Positions 1 to 10,166 of a stretch of DNA of 64,000 bases are shown one piece after another. Positions within the stretch are counted from its first letter, which is position 1, and every line of letters begins with the position of its first letter. The translations under genes were made by a program, and so were the position numbers. The DNA is taken from assembly GCA_041739995.1 (NCBI GenBank), contig JBGSMV010000043.1, positions 24,471-88,470 of the forward strand, read 5' to 3'. The notes beneath the pieces are model-generated. The model was given only the letters and a program-made list of their open reading frames with translations, was not told the DNA's origin and did not search any database. The DNA comes from Bdellovibrionota bacterium. Lineage in GTDB: Bacteria > Bdellovibrionota_C > UBA2361 > JBGSMV01.

Positions 1-914
1 CTTCCTCGATGTTCTTCTACTGTCTTGTCCTTCGCTCGAGTAGACCAGCGTCTAAATGAAAGTTTGTGGTCCTGCAAACTCCGCGCAAAATACTCGAACT
101 TCTCCTCGTGACGAGGGGCAACTACGAACCCAACTCTTCCCGGGTACTGCGCTACGCACCGGGCCATCTCAGGAAACCACTCTTCCTCCTCTCCACAACG
201 CAAACTTCCGAGCACCACAATCGGACGATTATCAGGAAACAACTCGGCGCGCCGCTGCGCTCGTTGCGCGTCGCTAAGTAAGCTCCCGCCAGAGTCGTAC
301 TTGGTATTCCCGGTCGTCACTGCACGCTCTGGCCTCACCCCTAGGCCTAACAGTCTCTCGCGCGCCTCCTCGGACTGGATGCACACCACTTCAAGCTGCT
401 TAAGCCCCTCTCTAACAATATCCCCAAGGATCGTGTATCTGCGTGCGGAACGCGCGGACATCCGCCCGTTAACCAATCCCATAGGCACCGCGCGGCGATG
501 CAAGCAGGAAATGAGTTCCGGCCACAGCTCGGTCTCACTAAAGACAAAACCCACCGGGGTTCGATTTCCAATTGCCTTCGAGATCCAATAGGAATGATCA
601 AAGGGAAGCAATCTTAAGTGTAGCCAAGCTTTATCGTCTAAGCGCGTCGAAGCTTGCTCAAGTCCTGTAATAGAAACGGCCGTCACCAAGATCTCCATCT
701 CAGGGCAGCGCTCTCGCAACGCGAGAATCAGAGGAACTATCCCATTAATCTCTCCGACCGAAGCGCCGTGAAACCAAAAAAAGCGTTTTGGAAGTTCGCC
801 CCAAAAGCCACACCGCTCCATGAATCTCGATCTACCGCGACGCGATAGTAGAAAAGCTGGAAGCGCGGCGAACGGCGTCAAAAGCATGACTAAGCGATAA
901 AGAAATCGAATCAA
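1..914 (-). CDS. waaA: 3-deoxy-D-manno-octulosonic acid (Kdo) transferase, 3' end runs off the window
   Basis: Not in the ORF track because there is no stop in the window. Manual translation from TTG at 914 (overlapping the upstream TGA) gives MIRFLYRLV...WFHGASVGE...LPFD...SETELWPE...VNGRMS...TGNTKYD...VAPRH, all WaaA/KdtA motifs; follows msbA and DUF374. Confidence 0.93.
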   Translation of the reverse strand, partial: MIRFLYRLVMLLTPFAALPAFLLSRRGRSRFMERCGFWGELPKRFFWFHGASVGEINGIVPLILALRERCPEMEILVTAVSITGLEQASTRLDDKAWLHLRLLPFDHSYWISKAIGNRTPVGFVFSETELWPELISCLHRRAVPMGLVNGRMSARSARRYTILGDIVREGLKQLEVVCIQSEEARERLLGLGVRPERAVTTGNTKYDSGGSLLSDAQRAQRRAELFPDNRPIVVLGSLRCGEEEEWFPEMARCVAQYPGRVGFVVAPRHEEKFEYFARSLQDHKLSFRRWSTRAKDKTVEEHRG

Positions 915-1645
915 TGTGATGCTCCCCCCACATTCCCCAGCCCGGCGTGTCCGTTTGAACGAGACTCTCTCACCGCAGACTTCGCGAGAGTATGGTGCAG
1001 GCCACCAAGAGCATTGAGGGCACTCTCAACCTCAAGTCGCTTGGCCTCCATCTCATCCTCATCAGCATCACGACTCACCACAATCGGGGCACCATAGGTC
1101 GCATAAGCTTTAGCAAATGGTTTCGGAAGTTCCATCCGATCCCAACTCCCAAACACCCATTTGTGACTAAAGCGACACGATATCGGAATAATGGGAACTC
1201 CGGATAGTCGGGCCAATACAATCACACCCTTTTTGCATATTTGCCTCGGACCCTTTGGCCCGTCCGGAGTAAGCGCTATGTGCTTTCCTGATTTAAGCAC
1301 TCGTAACAATCCTCTGGTCGCTTCGCTTCCTCCCCGAGTGGAAGACCCAGCCACCGAATCCATACCGATTCGATCAATCACATCTGCAATGAGTCGTCCA
1401 TCGCTGTGTTGACTAATCAGAACCGCGAAGCTTCTTGGTGGCGCTCCAGTACGCATCACCGAGAAGGTCATGAGCAGTTGCTCAGCATGCCAAAAGGCAA
1501 TGATGTGCGGAGTCTTGAGATCGCGGAAAAAATTCTTGGCATCACCATCCGCCGATTGGAACTCCCATCGCAATGTAGCGGACAAACCACGAAGAAACAT
1601 CGCTGCCGTCCAGATCAAAGTGCGCTCAAAAAAGGTGCGAAGCAT
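911..1645 (-). CDS. Lysophospholipid acyltransferase family protein (DUF374)
   Basis: FWH, ISQHSDG, GSSTRGG, TPDGPKGP, SWDRMELPKPF motifs; lies between msbA and waaA. Start at ATG 1645 preferred over 1765, which overlaps msbA. Confidence 0.88.
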   Translation of the reverse strand: MLRTFFERTLIWTAAMFLRGLSATLRWEFQSADGDAKNFFRDLKTPHIIAFWHAEQLLMTFSVMRTGAPPRSFAVLISQHSDGRLIADVIDRIGMDSVAGSSTRGGSEATRGLLRVLKSGKHIALTPDGPKGPRQICKKGVIVLARLSGVPIIPISCRFSHKWVFGSWDRMELPKPFAKAYATYGAPIVVSRDADEDEMEAKRLEVESALNALGGLHHTLAKSAVRESRSNGHAGLGNVGGASH

Positions 1646-1706
1646 TACTCGGGTCCTAATTACGTGTTTGATTCCCCATGCGCATGCCTCGGCTCCTAAA
1701 CGTTCC

Positions 1707-3671
1707 TTACGTCTCAGTTGTTGCTTGGAACTGCAGCGCATGTAATTTGGAGAACTCCCCTCCAAGCTTCAACAATTCGTCATGCGAGCCACGCTCTACA
1801 ATACGTCCCTGTTGCATCACCAGAACCAAATCGGCTGCTCGGATCGTAGACAAGCGATGGGCAATGACGATTGAAGTTCGCCCGCGCGAGAGGGCATCAA
1901 GAGCGAGTTGAACCTCGCGCTCTGCCTGGTTATCCAGTGAGGCCGTCGCTTCATCCAGAATTAAAATGGGCGCGTCCTTAAGAATCGCTCTTGCAATGGC
2001 AATGCGCTGTCGCTCACCACCAGAGAGTGACAATCCGCTCTCTCCGATCACGCTGTCAAAGCCCTGCGGCAAGCTCATAATGAAATCATACGCATACGCA
2101 GCTTTCGCTGCCTGCTCAATCTGCTCACGAGAAGCGTCCTGGCGACCATAGGCAATGTTCTGCGCAATCGTATCGTGGAAAAGGAATGTGTGCTGATTCA
2201 CCATCGCAATCTGTCCGCGCAGATCATTTAAAGAAATCCGCGAAACATCAATGCCACCGAGTCGCACTACCCCTTGTTGGGGGTCAATCAAGCGCGAGAT
2301 CAGGTCCACCAGAGTGCTCTTGCCGGCTCCGGAAAAACCTACAACCGCCACTTTTTGCCCTTCCTCAATGCGAAGCGAAATATCACTGAGCACTCGCTCG
2401 CCATTCTGCTTACTTTGAAGCATCGCCTTGCTTTGGTCCATGTCAGCAGGTCGAGCGGGATAGGCAAACGAAACATGCTCAAGCTCGATTGTGTGACTAC
2501 CACTGAGAGGCAAAGGCGCTAAGGGCTCAAGAATGGAGGGTGGAGTATCAAGGACGTCAAATAGCCGCTCGGCACCGGCAAGCCCCTGCTGCACCACACT
2601 GCTAATGCGCGAGAGCTTTTTGAATGGATCGTAAAGCAGAAACACCGCCAATAGGAATGCGATGAAATCACCTTGGGTGCGTAGATTTTGAATAACCGAG
2701 TAGCCCCCGTAAAGAATAACTCCACCGATGACGGCAGTGGCCAACACTTCATTGACGGGACCCGTGAGCGCTTTGACCCGCTCTGCTTTGAGGAAGGTAG
2801 CGGTAAGATGGTCGTTCTCTGCTGCAAAGCGTCGATGCTCCGTCTCTTCTCCGCCGAAGATCTTTATCACTCGGCACCCAAGAGCGGTTTCCTGCATCAC
2901 CGCAGACAATCTGCCCGTCACATCCTGGCCCACTCGGCTCAGTTTTCGCATGCGCTTTCCGAAGCGATACACTGGATAAATTCCTATGGGGAACACCACT
3001 GCAGCGATGAGCGCCAGAGTCGGATCAAGGGCGATTGCGGCAACAAGCAACGCGACGATTCTGATTGAGTCCCGCACAATGGCAGCCGCCGCATCGGTCA
3101 GGAGCGTTCGAACAAGCAGCACGTCACTAGTCACACGCGCCACGAGATCGGCAGACGAACGACGCACATAAAAGTCAGCGGAAAGTTTTAGGAGATGTCG
3201 GTGCATCTCATTTCTGATGTCACGAACGATCGAGAGTCCGATTTTCGACATCAAATATGACTGAGTAAAGTCCGCGACACCTCGCACGATAGCGAACAAA
3301 AAAAGCACCACAGGCAAAATCCATAACAGAGTGGTGTTCTGTTCGGTAAAGACTCCATCGAGCATGTACTTCACCAAGAACGGCACCGCGCCGTCCGTGG
3401 CGCCAAACAACACCATGCACAAAGCTGCCCCGAAAAAAATTGCTCTATAGGGTTTAAGATAAACAAGGAGTCGACGGTAAATGCCGGGTGTATTTTCGGA
3501 GCTGGTCTCAGACCCCCTCTTTGACGCAGCAGTAATCTGAGGCCTGGCGGTCTCAGCATGCACTGGAGGTTGACCCGTCGACGTGGCTATCGAACCGCCG
3601 TCTAAGACGGCGCTCTCGGCAACGCGAGCACCAAGGTCCTGACTATCTCTCTCAGCGCTGGCGTTCGGCAT
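1707..3671 (-). CDS. msbA: Lipid A export ABC transporter permease/ATPase
   Basis: ABC TMD plus NBD (GFSGAGKS, LSGGERQRIAIARA, ILDEATA); context next to waaA. Confidence 0.88.
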   Translation of the reverse strand: MPNASAERDSQDLGARVAESAVLDGGSIATSTGQPPVHAETARPQITAASKRGSETSSENTPGIYRRLLVYLKPYRAIFFGAALCMVLFGATDGAVPFLVKYMLDGVFTEQNTTLLWILPVVLFLFAIVRGVADFTQSYLMSKIGLSIVRDIRNEMHRHLLKLSADFYVRRSSADLVARVTSDVLLVRTLLTDAAAAIVRDSIRIVALLVAAIALDPTLALIAAVVFPIGIYPVYRFGKRMRKLSRVGQDVTGRLSAVMQETALGCRVIKIFGGEETEHRRFAAENDHLTATFLKAERVKALTGPVNEVLATAVIGGVILYGGYSVIQNLRTQGDFIAFLLAVFLLYDPFKKLSRISSVVQQGLAGAERLFDVLDTPPSILEPLAPLPLSGSHTIELEHVSFAYPARPADMDQSKAMLQSKQNGERVLSDISLRIEEGQKVAVVGFSGAGKSTLVDLISRLIDPQQGVVRLGGIDVSRISLNDLRGQIAMVNQHTFLFHDTIAQNIAYGRQDASREQIEQAAKAAYAYDFIMSLPQGFDSVIGESGLSLSGGERQRIAIARAILKDAPILILDEATASLDNQAEREVQLALDALSRGRTSIVIAHRLSTIRAADLVLVMQQGRIVERGSHDELLKLGGEFSKLHALQFQATTET

Positions 3672-3828
3672 TTTTATCCTTTATGGTTCTCGCAACCATA
3701 CGATATGAAACTAGATTTTTCAAAGGAGCCGCTCTTACCATAGTGGCTTGTACTCTGGGCGAATGACCCTCAAGAGCATCGCCTACTTAGCGCTTTTTGC
3801 GCGTGAGCCGGCAAGGAGAAAGGGAGAT

Positions 3829-5760
3829 ATGAAGAAGGCCATATTGATTATTCTAAGCGCGATAGTCCTCCTATTGGTGGGGGTGTTTGTCCTGGCAATG
3901 GTAACCGCCAATTCGCTAGTGGCCTCCTTCAAGCCAGAAATCGAGCGCATCGCGGGCGAGGCTCTGGGGGTAAAAGCTCAGATATCAGAGATTGATGTGT
4001 CCGTAGTGCCAAGCACTTATTTCATGCTGAGAGGCCTTACCCTTTCGGATAATGAACACAGCGATGAGACTTTCTCCCTAAAGGAAGTCAGACTCGACGT
4101 TCGGCTCTGGGATCTGCTGAGCAAGAAACTGAGCATCTCCTCCCTCTCGGTTATCTCCCCCGATATTCTTGCGATTAAGGGACCTGAGGGAATCCGTATC
4201 GCTGGTCTCCCGAGCGGCTCCGCTTCTAAGGGAAAGAAGGCCGCGCGCGAAAGAAAGCAAAAGGAAGAACCGTCTGCGCAAACTTCTCCTAGCGAATCTC
4301 CGATATCTGTTGCTCTAGAGGAGATTCGAATTGAAAACGCAACGCTGCGTCTAAATGACACCGTAGCTAAAAATGAAAAGAAGTTCGATCGCGTTAATCT
4401 ACGTGCCGCAGTATCCCTCTCGGGGAAAGAAATTGTTATTCCTAACTTCGACCTATCCTTACGCGCGCTGGAGAGCGTTGAATTTTCTGCGACTGGCCAG
4501 GACATTACGATGAAAGGTGATGTGCTTGACGCAAAAGCCATCGACATTTCACTTCTCGGAAATCGCTTCGCGCTTTCAGGTCGATTCAACCTAGCAGATA
4601 AATCTGGGGAAGCACGCGTCGACACCACTGGCGTAAAGATAGAGTCACTCCTTCCCTTAGCCGCTTTCGGCCCCCCTGATGCAAAGAAGACCGTCGACAA
4701 TTTCCGTCCTGCTGGATCCTTTGGGCTACGTGCTCAAGGAAATTTTGGTCCCGGAACCTACGAGTCCGATGGGACTTTGGCGCTTTCTGACATCAGTGCT
4801 CACGTAGGCACAATGGTGGTGAGCGCTCTTTCTGGGGATCTTGCTTCAAATGCCACTCACGAGAAGGCGGAGGTTTCAACCACAAATCTTACCCTCAAAC
4901 TGAATGACCAGCCGATAGCGGTGCAACTTAAGGGAACCTTCAAAGCCCCGGTTGCTTCGATCGAGTCCCTTAAACTGAATCTATTTTCTGGCACCGCCGA
5001 CATCAGCGGAGACTTGCGTCTCGAGGATAAACAGCCTTTACGCGCGACGTTTGGACTTAAGGGTATCAACGTAAGTCAGGCGCTGCTGGCTATCGGGCAA
5101 CGCCCGGATCAACAAGCTTTTTCGGCTCTCGTAGATGAAGTCGATGGCATGGCTAGCTTTCCACTAAAAGGAGTACTTCCGCAGGATGCGACCGCCAACG
5201 CCAAGGTGTCTCTATCGAAGGCTGAGCTCAAGGGCTTCAATCTTGCGGGTGCGGTGTTGCGCGCGGTTAAGGGTCTTCCTTTCCTTAGTGGAGACCTTTA
5301 CGAGTCTGTTCCGCCAGAACAACGTGGGGACGTCGATGGCCCGAACACAGCCATATCTAAACTGACCGCTTCAATCACAGTCTCTGGTGGAAAGATTAAA
5401 ACTCCAGACCTCCGCGCACAAAGCGCACTGTTTAACCTAGAGGCTGACGGCACGATCGGTTTTGATTCAAGCATGGATCTCAATGCCACGCTGTTGTTCA
5501 ATCCAAAGTTTTCCGAAAGCTTGGTGAAACGCTCGAAGGGGCTCAAAGGACTGCTCGACAGCGAGGGACGGCTTGTTGTCCCGCTTGCGATTAAAGGCAC
5601 TGCTCCAAAACTTATTGTGCTTCCGAATATCGAGCGCCTACTTAAGACAGGTGCCGGTAAGGCTCTCGAGGAAAAAGCTTCTGAGTTTCTTGGGAAGGCA
5701 CTCGGCGCAGGAAATAAGGAAGGCGGTAAAAAGGGGCTCGGCGGGATGTTTGGGTTCTGA
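3829..5760 (+). CDS. AsmA family protein
   Basis: N-terminal anchor, beta-rich body and AsmA-like C-terminus (GRLVVPLAIKGTAPKL). Start ATG 3829 follows a GGGAGA RBS. Confidence 0.8.
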   Translation: MKKAILIILSAIVLLLVGVFVLAMVTANSLVASFKPEIERIAGEALGVKAQISEIDVSVVPSTYFMLRGLTLSDNEHSDETFSLKEVRLDVRLWDLLSKKLSISSLSVISPDILAIKGPEGIRIAGLPSGSASKGKKAARERKQKEEPSAQTSPSESPISVALEEIRIENATLRLNDTVAKNEKKFDRVNLRAAVSLSGKEIVIPNFDLSLRALESVEFSATGQDITMKGDVLDAKAIDISLLGNRFALSGRFNLADKSGEARVDTTGVKIESLLPLAAFGPPDAKKTVDNFRPAGSFGLRAQGNFGPGTYESDGTLALSDISAHVGTMVVSALSGDLASNATHEKAEVSTTNLTLKLNDQPIAVQLKGTFKAPVASIESLKLNLFSGTADISGDLRLEDKQPLRATFGLKGINVSQALLAIGQRPDQQAFSALVDEVDGMASFPLKGVLPQDATANAKVSLSKAELKGFNLAGAVLRAVKGLPFLSGDLYESVPPEQRGDVDGPNTAISKLTASITVSGGKIKTPDLRAQSALFNLEADGTIGFDSSMDLNATLLFNPKFSESLVKRSKGLKGLLDSEGRLVVPLAIKGTAPKLIVLPNIERLLKTGAGKALEEKASEFLGKALGAGNKEGGKKGLGGMFGF

Positions 5761-6067
5761 GCAGTGACTAGATGGCAAGAAGATTATTGTCGAAATCTCG
5801 GCTAATCTTCGCCGTTATAGTCTGTGGGGAGCTGAAGTAGCCGGCAAGGCTTTGTTCTGAATTAGATTCGAACGACCAATGTCCCCGCCCACAATTTCAG
5901 AAGTCTTCACGGCGCACTAGCTGCCAAGACTTAAATCACAATATGGAAATATTAAGCTGAATCGGCCCATTTTCCGAAAAACTGCCCCCTCTGCTACGAT
6001 GGAAAAGTCACACACTTAGCGTTTTGCTTCATACTAGATCAAAGGAAAAGGAAGTCCGGAGTAGAAT

Positions 6068-6994
6068 ATGGAACCAAGTCGAGACTCAGGGAAGGGCCCG
6101 AGGAACGCCTCTCACCTACTCAACCCATCCGAAACGCTAAGAAGTCAGCTTCACCTTAAAAGGATTGAAGACGGGATCCCCGCGGCCATTTCAGAGCCAC
6201 TATCCCAACTGATAAACGCGAGAGGATTCGACGCCGCCAGGCGGATTCCTGGTGCGCAGTGCCTGCCTTTCTACGAGGAGAGTTATGCGGGCACCTTCAA
6301 CGCAAGCGCTTCTAAGGCCTTACCGGACATGATTCCAGGCTTTAGGCCACCCACGGACGAACAAATCGCAAAAATTGAACAGTGGAAAAAGGCCGAGCCC
6401 TCAAGAGCAGATCTTGCTTACGGCACTATGAACTCCAAAGAATCAGCGCTGGTGCAATGCGTTATTAGAGCCCTAAATCCACGCACCATGTTTGAATTTG
6501 GAACCCATCAAGGAATCCTTACAAACAGGATGATTTCTGCTGCTCCAGAAGATTGCGTGATGCTTACTCTAGACATTCCTCCGAGCGAGCTTTCGAGCGG
6601 ACGCGGAATTATCGCTTCGGATCGAACCAACCTGGACTACGTGCGGCATTCTGACGATGCCATGGGAATTCATATTGAAGATAAGTACCAGAATAGAGTT
6701 ATCCGTATGATCGGCGATTCTATGCGGCTAGACGTAACTCACCTGCGTGAAAAAATTGATTTAGTGGTTGTTGATGGCGGCCATCAGTACCCCGTAGCAG
6801 CTCGAGATATCAAAAACGCTTGGGAAATGCTGTCACCCGGTGGCGTCTTGCTCATTGATGACTATAAGACTCTGCGAACCGAAGGAGTGATGCTCGCAGT
6901 TATGGAGCATCGACGGAATACCGGTGCACCTGCGTATCTAATCAATTTCTTCAAGGATCTCGAGACGGACATGGTTATGTTCATAAAAGAGTGA
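6068..6994 (+). CDS. Class I SAM-dependent methyltransferase (Methyltransf_24-like)
   Basis: FEFGTHQG motif I, VVDGGH, LSPGGVLLIDDY. Confidence 0.8.
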   Translation: MEPSRDSGKGPRNASHLLNPSETLRSQLHLKRIEDGIPAAISEPLSQLINARGFDAARRIPGAQCLPFYEESYAGTFNASASKALPDMIPGFRPPTDEQIAKIEQWKKAEPSRADLAYGTMNSKESALVQCVIRALNPRTMFEFGTHQGILTNRMISAAPEDCVMLTLDIPPSELSSGRGIIASDRTNLDYVRHSDDAMGIHIEDKYQNRVIRMIGDSMRLDVTHLREKIDLVVVDGGHQYPVAARDIKNAWEMLSPGGVLLIDDYKTLRTEGVMLAVMEHRRNTGAPAYLINFFKDLETDMVMFIKE

Positions 6995-7001
6995 GTCGCC
7001 T

Positions 7002-7604
7002 ATGCCAACTCAATCTCCATCGACACAACAGCTCGTAACCGACATCAAAGAACTGATTAAGCCTTTCCTGAATGCGCAAGATAGTTGGCATGGATTCCAA
7101 CATGTCAGTCGTGTAGTTGCGTTCGCTAAACAAGTTAATCAGGCTGAGAAGGCGGATCCTTTCCTAGTCGAGGTTGGAGCTTGGCTTCACCAGTTGCATG
7201 ATCCTAACCTCGACAAATTGAAACAAATTCTCGGTGCACTTCGCATCTCTCCTGTCCAAAGGCACAAATTATTCGAGATAGTAGAGCAGTGCCGTCCTAA
7301 TAAAATTTCGCCTCAATCCAGCCATGAAGCGCGTGTGGTGTTTGATGCTGATGCCGGTGATTTGATGGGACCGGCTGGAATTTTGCGCGAAGTACTTTGC
7401 AACTACGGAGATAGAAAGCTGTCCCCAATCGACGCGATTACTGGAGCTCGATCAGTACAGCTTCTCTTTGTAGAAAAGCTTCAAACAGTTGGGGGACGAG
7501 AGCTCTTTCGACCTCGAATTGAAGCTGCGAGTCACTTCTGGGATTCTCTCAGCAGGGATGAAGGAGCTCTAGAAGAGATTCTTCGGATTGCTCCTAAGCC
7601 CTAA
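7002..7604 (+). CDS. HD-domain protein (variant)
   Basis: HGFQHVSRVV, AWLHQLHD and VFDAD..D.MG pattern typical of HD phosphohydrolases; 7 bp after the methyltransferase. Confidence 0.7.
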   Translation: MPTQSPSTQQLVTDIKELIKPFLNAQDSWHGFQHVSRVVAFAKQVNQAEKADPFLVEVGAWLHQLHDPNLDKLKQILGALRISPVQRHKLFEIVEQCRPNKISPQSSHEARVVFDADAGDLMGPAGILREVLCNYGDRKLSPIDAITGARSVQLLFVEKLQTVGGRELFRPRIEAASHFWDSLSRDEGALEEILRIAPKP

Positions 7605-7639
7605 ACACCAAAGGTTCACTTACCCCGTTAGTGACCGCA

Positions 7640-9853
7640 TCAGTGCCGAAGAGCGCGCAAACGCTCAATTGATTGTGTAGGAAGCACCGTGCGCGCAAGG
7701 CGCTCAACCCCCGCACGAACGCCACAGCGATCGAGCACTTGAATACCCTGATTAACCAGATGCGAGACCGCACGGCGCAAGATTCGCTTGGGCCCGTCGC
7801 GCGCTAAGAGGCCGCGATCTGAAACGAGTTGCCAAAGCACTGCGCTGTCCGTTGCATGCCTAGCCCCTACTTCTTTGTAAATCTGCTCGTAACTTTCCGC
7901 CCACGTGGAACGACTATCTTGAACAATGCGGGCTGCCTGGTCACGGCAAGCACTCCACTTTTCAGAAGACCCTGCAATCTCATTAAGCAAAGCCAAGCAC
8001 GGCTCTAATTTCATTTCGTTCAGCACCCACCCGCATTGGCGTTCTTGTACTCGCTCAGCGGGACCGCCCTCAGGGCCAACTATGACCGGAACCCCAAAAG
8101 ACAAGGTTTCTTCAACCGCAAGTCCAAAAGTCTCAGGACACAGCGACGGGAAGAGTGCCACATGCGGCGAAAAGCTCTTTAGCTGTTCTCGTAGCTCTGC
8201 ACTCGAGTGGTAGGCCCCATTGGAACTGAGCTGCAACGAGCCATCTAATGGAGTTCCATGAATGCCTCCAAAGACCCTCAGCTCTAGCGGCTTTCCACAC
8301 GAAAGCTGGCGCACAGCCGCTAGTTGATTCGCAAGGTCTAGCCCCTTATGCGGTGCGAGTGTTCCAACCAGAGCTACTCTAAAAACATCCTCATTTTCCG
8401 GGGGAACAAGCTCAATCTGCTCTCCTCGATCCACCACGTGATGAAGCAACTTCAATCGCGGAAGTGCGCCATACGTAATTTCAAAGACATCTTTCGAGAA
8501 GCTAGAAAAATGAATTGTGGCCTTCGCTGACTTAAGCAGCTCCCCATGCGCCTTTCGATACTGGTCAACATAGCCTTGCTCAAACCCGCAAGCCTTGTGG
8601 CATTCAAAAAGTCCGCAGCGACGAAGCTCAGGTGTCAGCAGATAGAATCGCGGGCAAACCGAAGAGTGATCATGCGCACTCACTACTACTCGTGAATGCT
8701 TTCTGAGTGCCTTGGAAAGATCCACAGCTTCGAAGCCGCGCGTATGGTGTACATGGGCAATTGAGAATAATTCCGGTGCACAGAGCAACTGTAAAACTTC
8801 AAAAGTAGGCTTAAGACGCCAAGTTCGTTCAAAGGCTCCAATGTGGCAGGTTAAATGAAAGGCTCCATCAGCACACACCAGGGAAAAATGGGAAAATTTG
8901 CCGAGCGACTCAATCTGCTTTTGAACAACGCGCTCAGTGCCCCCGACATTATGGCGCAGTGCTTTGGTGGGGCCGTTATGCAGAATATGCAGAACAGACG
9001 AAGGTCTCACGTCAATGAGCTTTTGAATCAGTGCTTTCTCAATACGATCATGCACTGCGCGCAGAGGGTTCGTCTGTCGAAACCGCTGCACCGCTCCAAA
9101 GTAGCGCGGATAGCGCTCGGCTATGATGCGGCTATTATCAACTTGAAGTTGCTGCTTCTGTTCAGAAAATGACTTACTGCCTTCGTGATACACAAACGTG
9201 GCGTCATCCAGGATATCCGCAAAGCCAAGCTTCTGCGCCCTTAGTGAGAAGTCGTTTTCTTCGCCGTACCCTTTGCCAAACGCCGCTTCATCAAACAATC
9301 CGACCCGCTCCAGCACCTCGCGCTTGATATACACACAGAATCCTACGCACGTCGGAAGCTTTGGGTATTCACGGGCAGAGACGTTCTCTACTAGAACACC
9401 CATCTGGTCTACATCAAGAAAAGGTGGAATTTCGTTTTCTTCAAAAAATGACGGCACTGAACATACCGTGCCGTTGTTGGTCAATGGTGTAACGGTCCCG
9501 ACTCGTGGGCGTGAGTAGGCGGCGCGGCTAAGTTTCGTAAGCCAACCCTTAGTAACAATAGTATCACTATTTAAAAGCACTACGTCGTGCGGGGACTCCC
9601 GGCACATTCCCTCGTTGCAGCTGGCGACAAAGCCAAGATTGCGTTCGTGGCGAATCGAGGTGACATTCGAGTTTTTGGCAAGCAAGTCCGAGATACATGC
9701 GCTGAATATGCCCGCGGTACTCGCATCATCGATCACGAGTACTGCTTCATTCGAACGGTGTCGAAGCACGCTCTCAAGGCAGCGCCTCGCTTCACTAAAA
9801 GCGTTGAAGACGGGGATGATTACCGTCACTGCTGCAGAAACAGGGCTATTCAC
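7640..9853 (-). CDS. Bifunctional glycosyltransferase (GT2 + GT4-like)
   Basis: N-terminal VIIPVFN/IDDAST/LLNSDT/GYGEENDF; C-terminal GT-B with PHKG and PSLCPETFGLAVEE. Confidence 0.88.
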   Translation of the reverse strand: MNSPVSAAVTVIIPVFNAFSEARRCLESVLRHRSNEAVLVIDDASTAGIFSACISDLLAKNSNVTSIRHERNLGFVASCNEGMCRESPHDVVLLNSDTIVTKGWLTKLSRAAYSRPRVGTVTPLTNNGTVCSVPSFFEENEIPPFLDVDQMGVLVENVSAREYPKLPTCVGFCVYIKREVLERVGLFDEAAFGKGYGEENDFSLRAQKLGFADILDDATFVYHEGSKSFSEQKQQLQVDNSRIIAERYPRYFGAVQRFRQTNPLRAVHDRIEKALIQKLIDVRPSSVLHILHNGPTKALRHNVGGTERVVQKQIESLGKFSHFSLVCADGAFHLTCHIGAFERTWRLKPTFEVLQLLCAPELFSIAHVHHTRGFEAVDLSKALRKHSRVVVSAHDHSSVCPRFYLLTPELRRCGLFECHKACGFEQGYVDQYRKAHGELLKSAKATIHFSSFSKDVFEITYGALPRLKLLHHVVDRGEQIELVPPENEDVFRVALVGTLAPHKGLDLANQLAAVRQLSCGKPLELRVFGGIHGTPLDGSLQLSSNGAYHSSAELREQLKSFSPHVALFPSLCPETFGLAVEETLSFGVPVIVGPEGGPAERVQERQCGWVLNEMKLEPCLALLNEIAGSSEKWSACRDQAARIVQDSRSTWAESYEQIYKEVGARHATDSAVLWQLVSDRGLLARDGPKRILRRAVSHLVNQGIQVLDRCGVRAGVERLARTVLPTQSIERLRALRH

Positions 9854-10166
9854 TAAAGAAACGACCTCGCGATATCAGACACCAATCTCTCGCGCCTCAG
9901 ACTACCAAGTTCTTAGTCCGTCAGCAGCGGCTGGCCGCCACTCACTCCAGGGCCTGCCGTAGTACACATTAGACCGCCCAGGCATGAGGGGATAGCTCCT
10001 GCGCTTCGGTAAATTCGAGCGATTACGCAAGCTCCCTGCCCACCTAAAGCGCCTTCCCATTATTTGAAAGTGGCTATAGCGGCCTCCTCGGTCGGACAAG
10101 CCTCGCAGGACCGACGTTTTACGAAAGGCACTTAAGAAGATCACCCCCAGAACCGACGACCTGTAA

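Noticed and set aside
56..848. Short ORFs listed at the window start
   Set aside because: They are shadows of waaA on the minus strand.
4017..5600. Long antisense ORFs within asmA (and similar ones within other genes)
   Set aside because: Typical reverse-strand shadows of real coding sequences.
5910..5925. Weak sigma54-like spacing (CGGCGCA-N4-CTGCC)
   Set aside because: Too many mismatches to the consensus.
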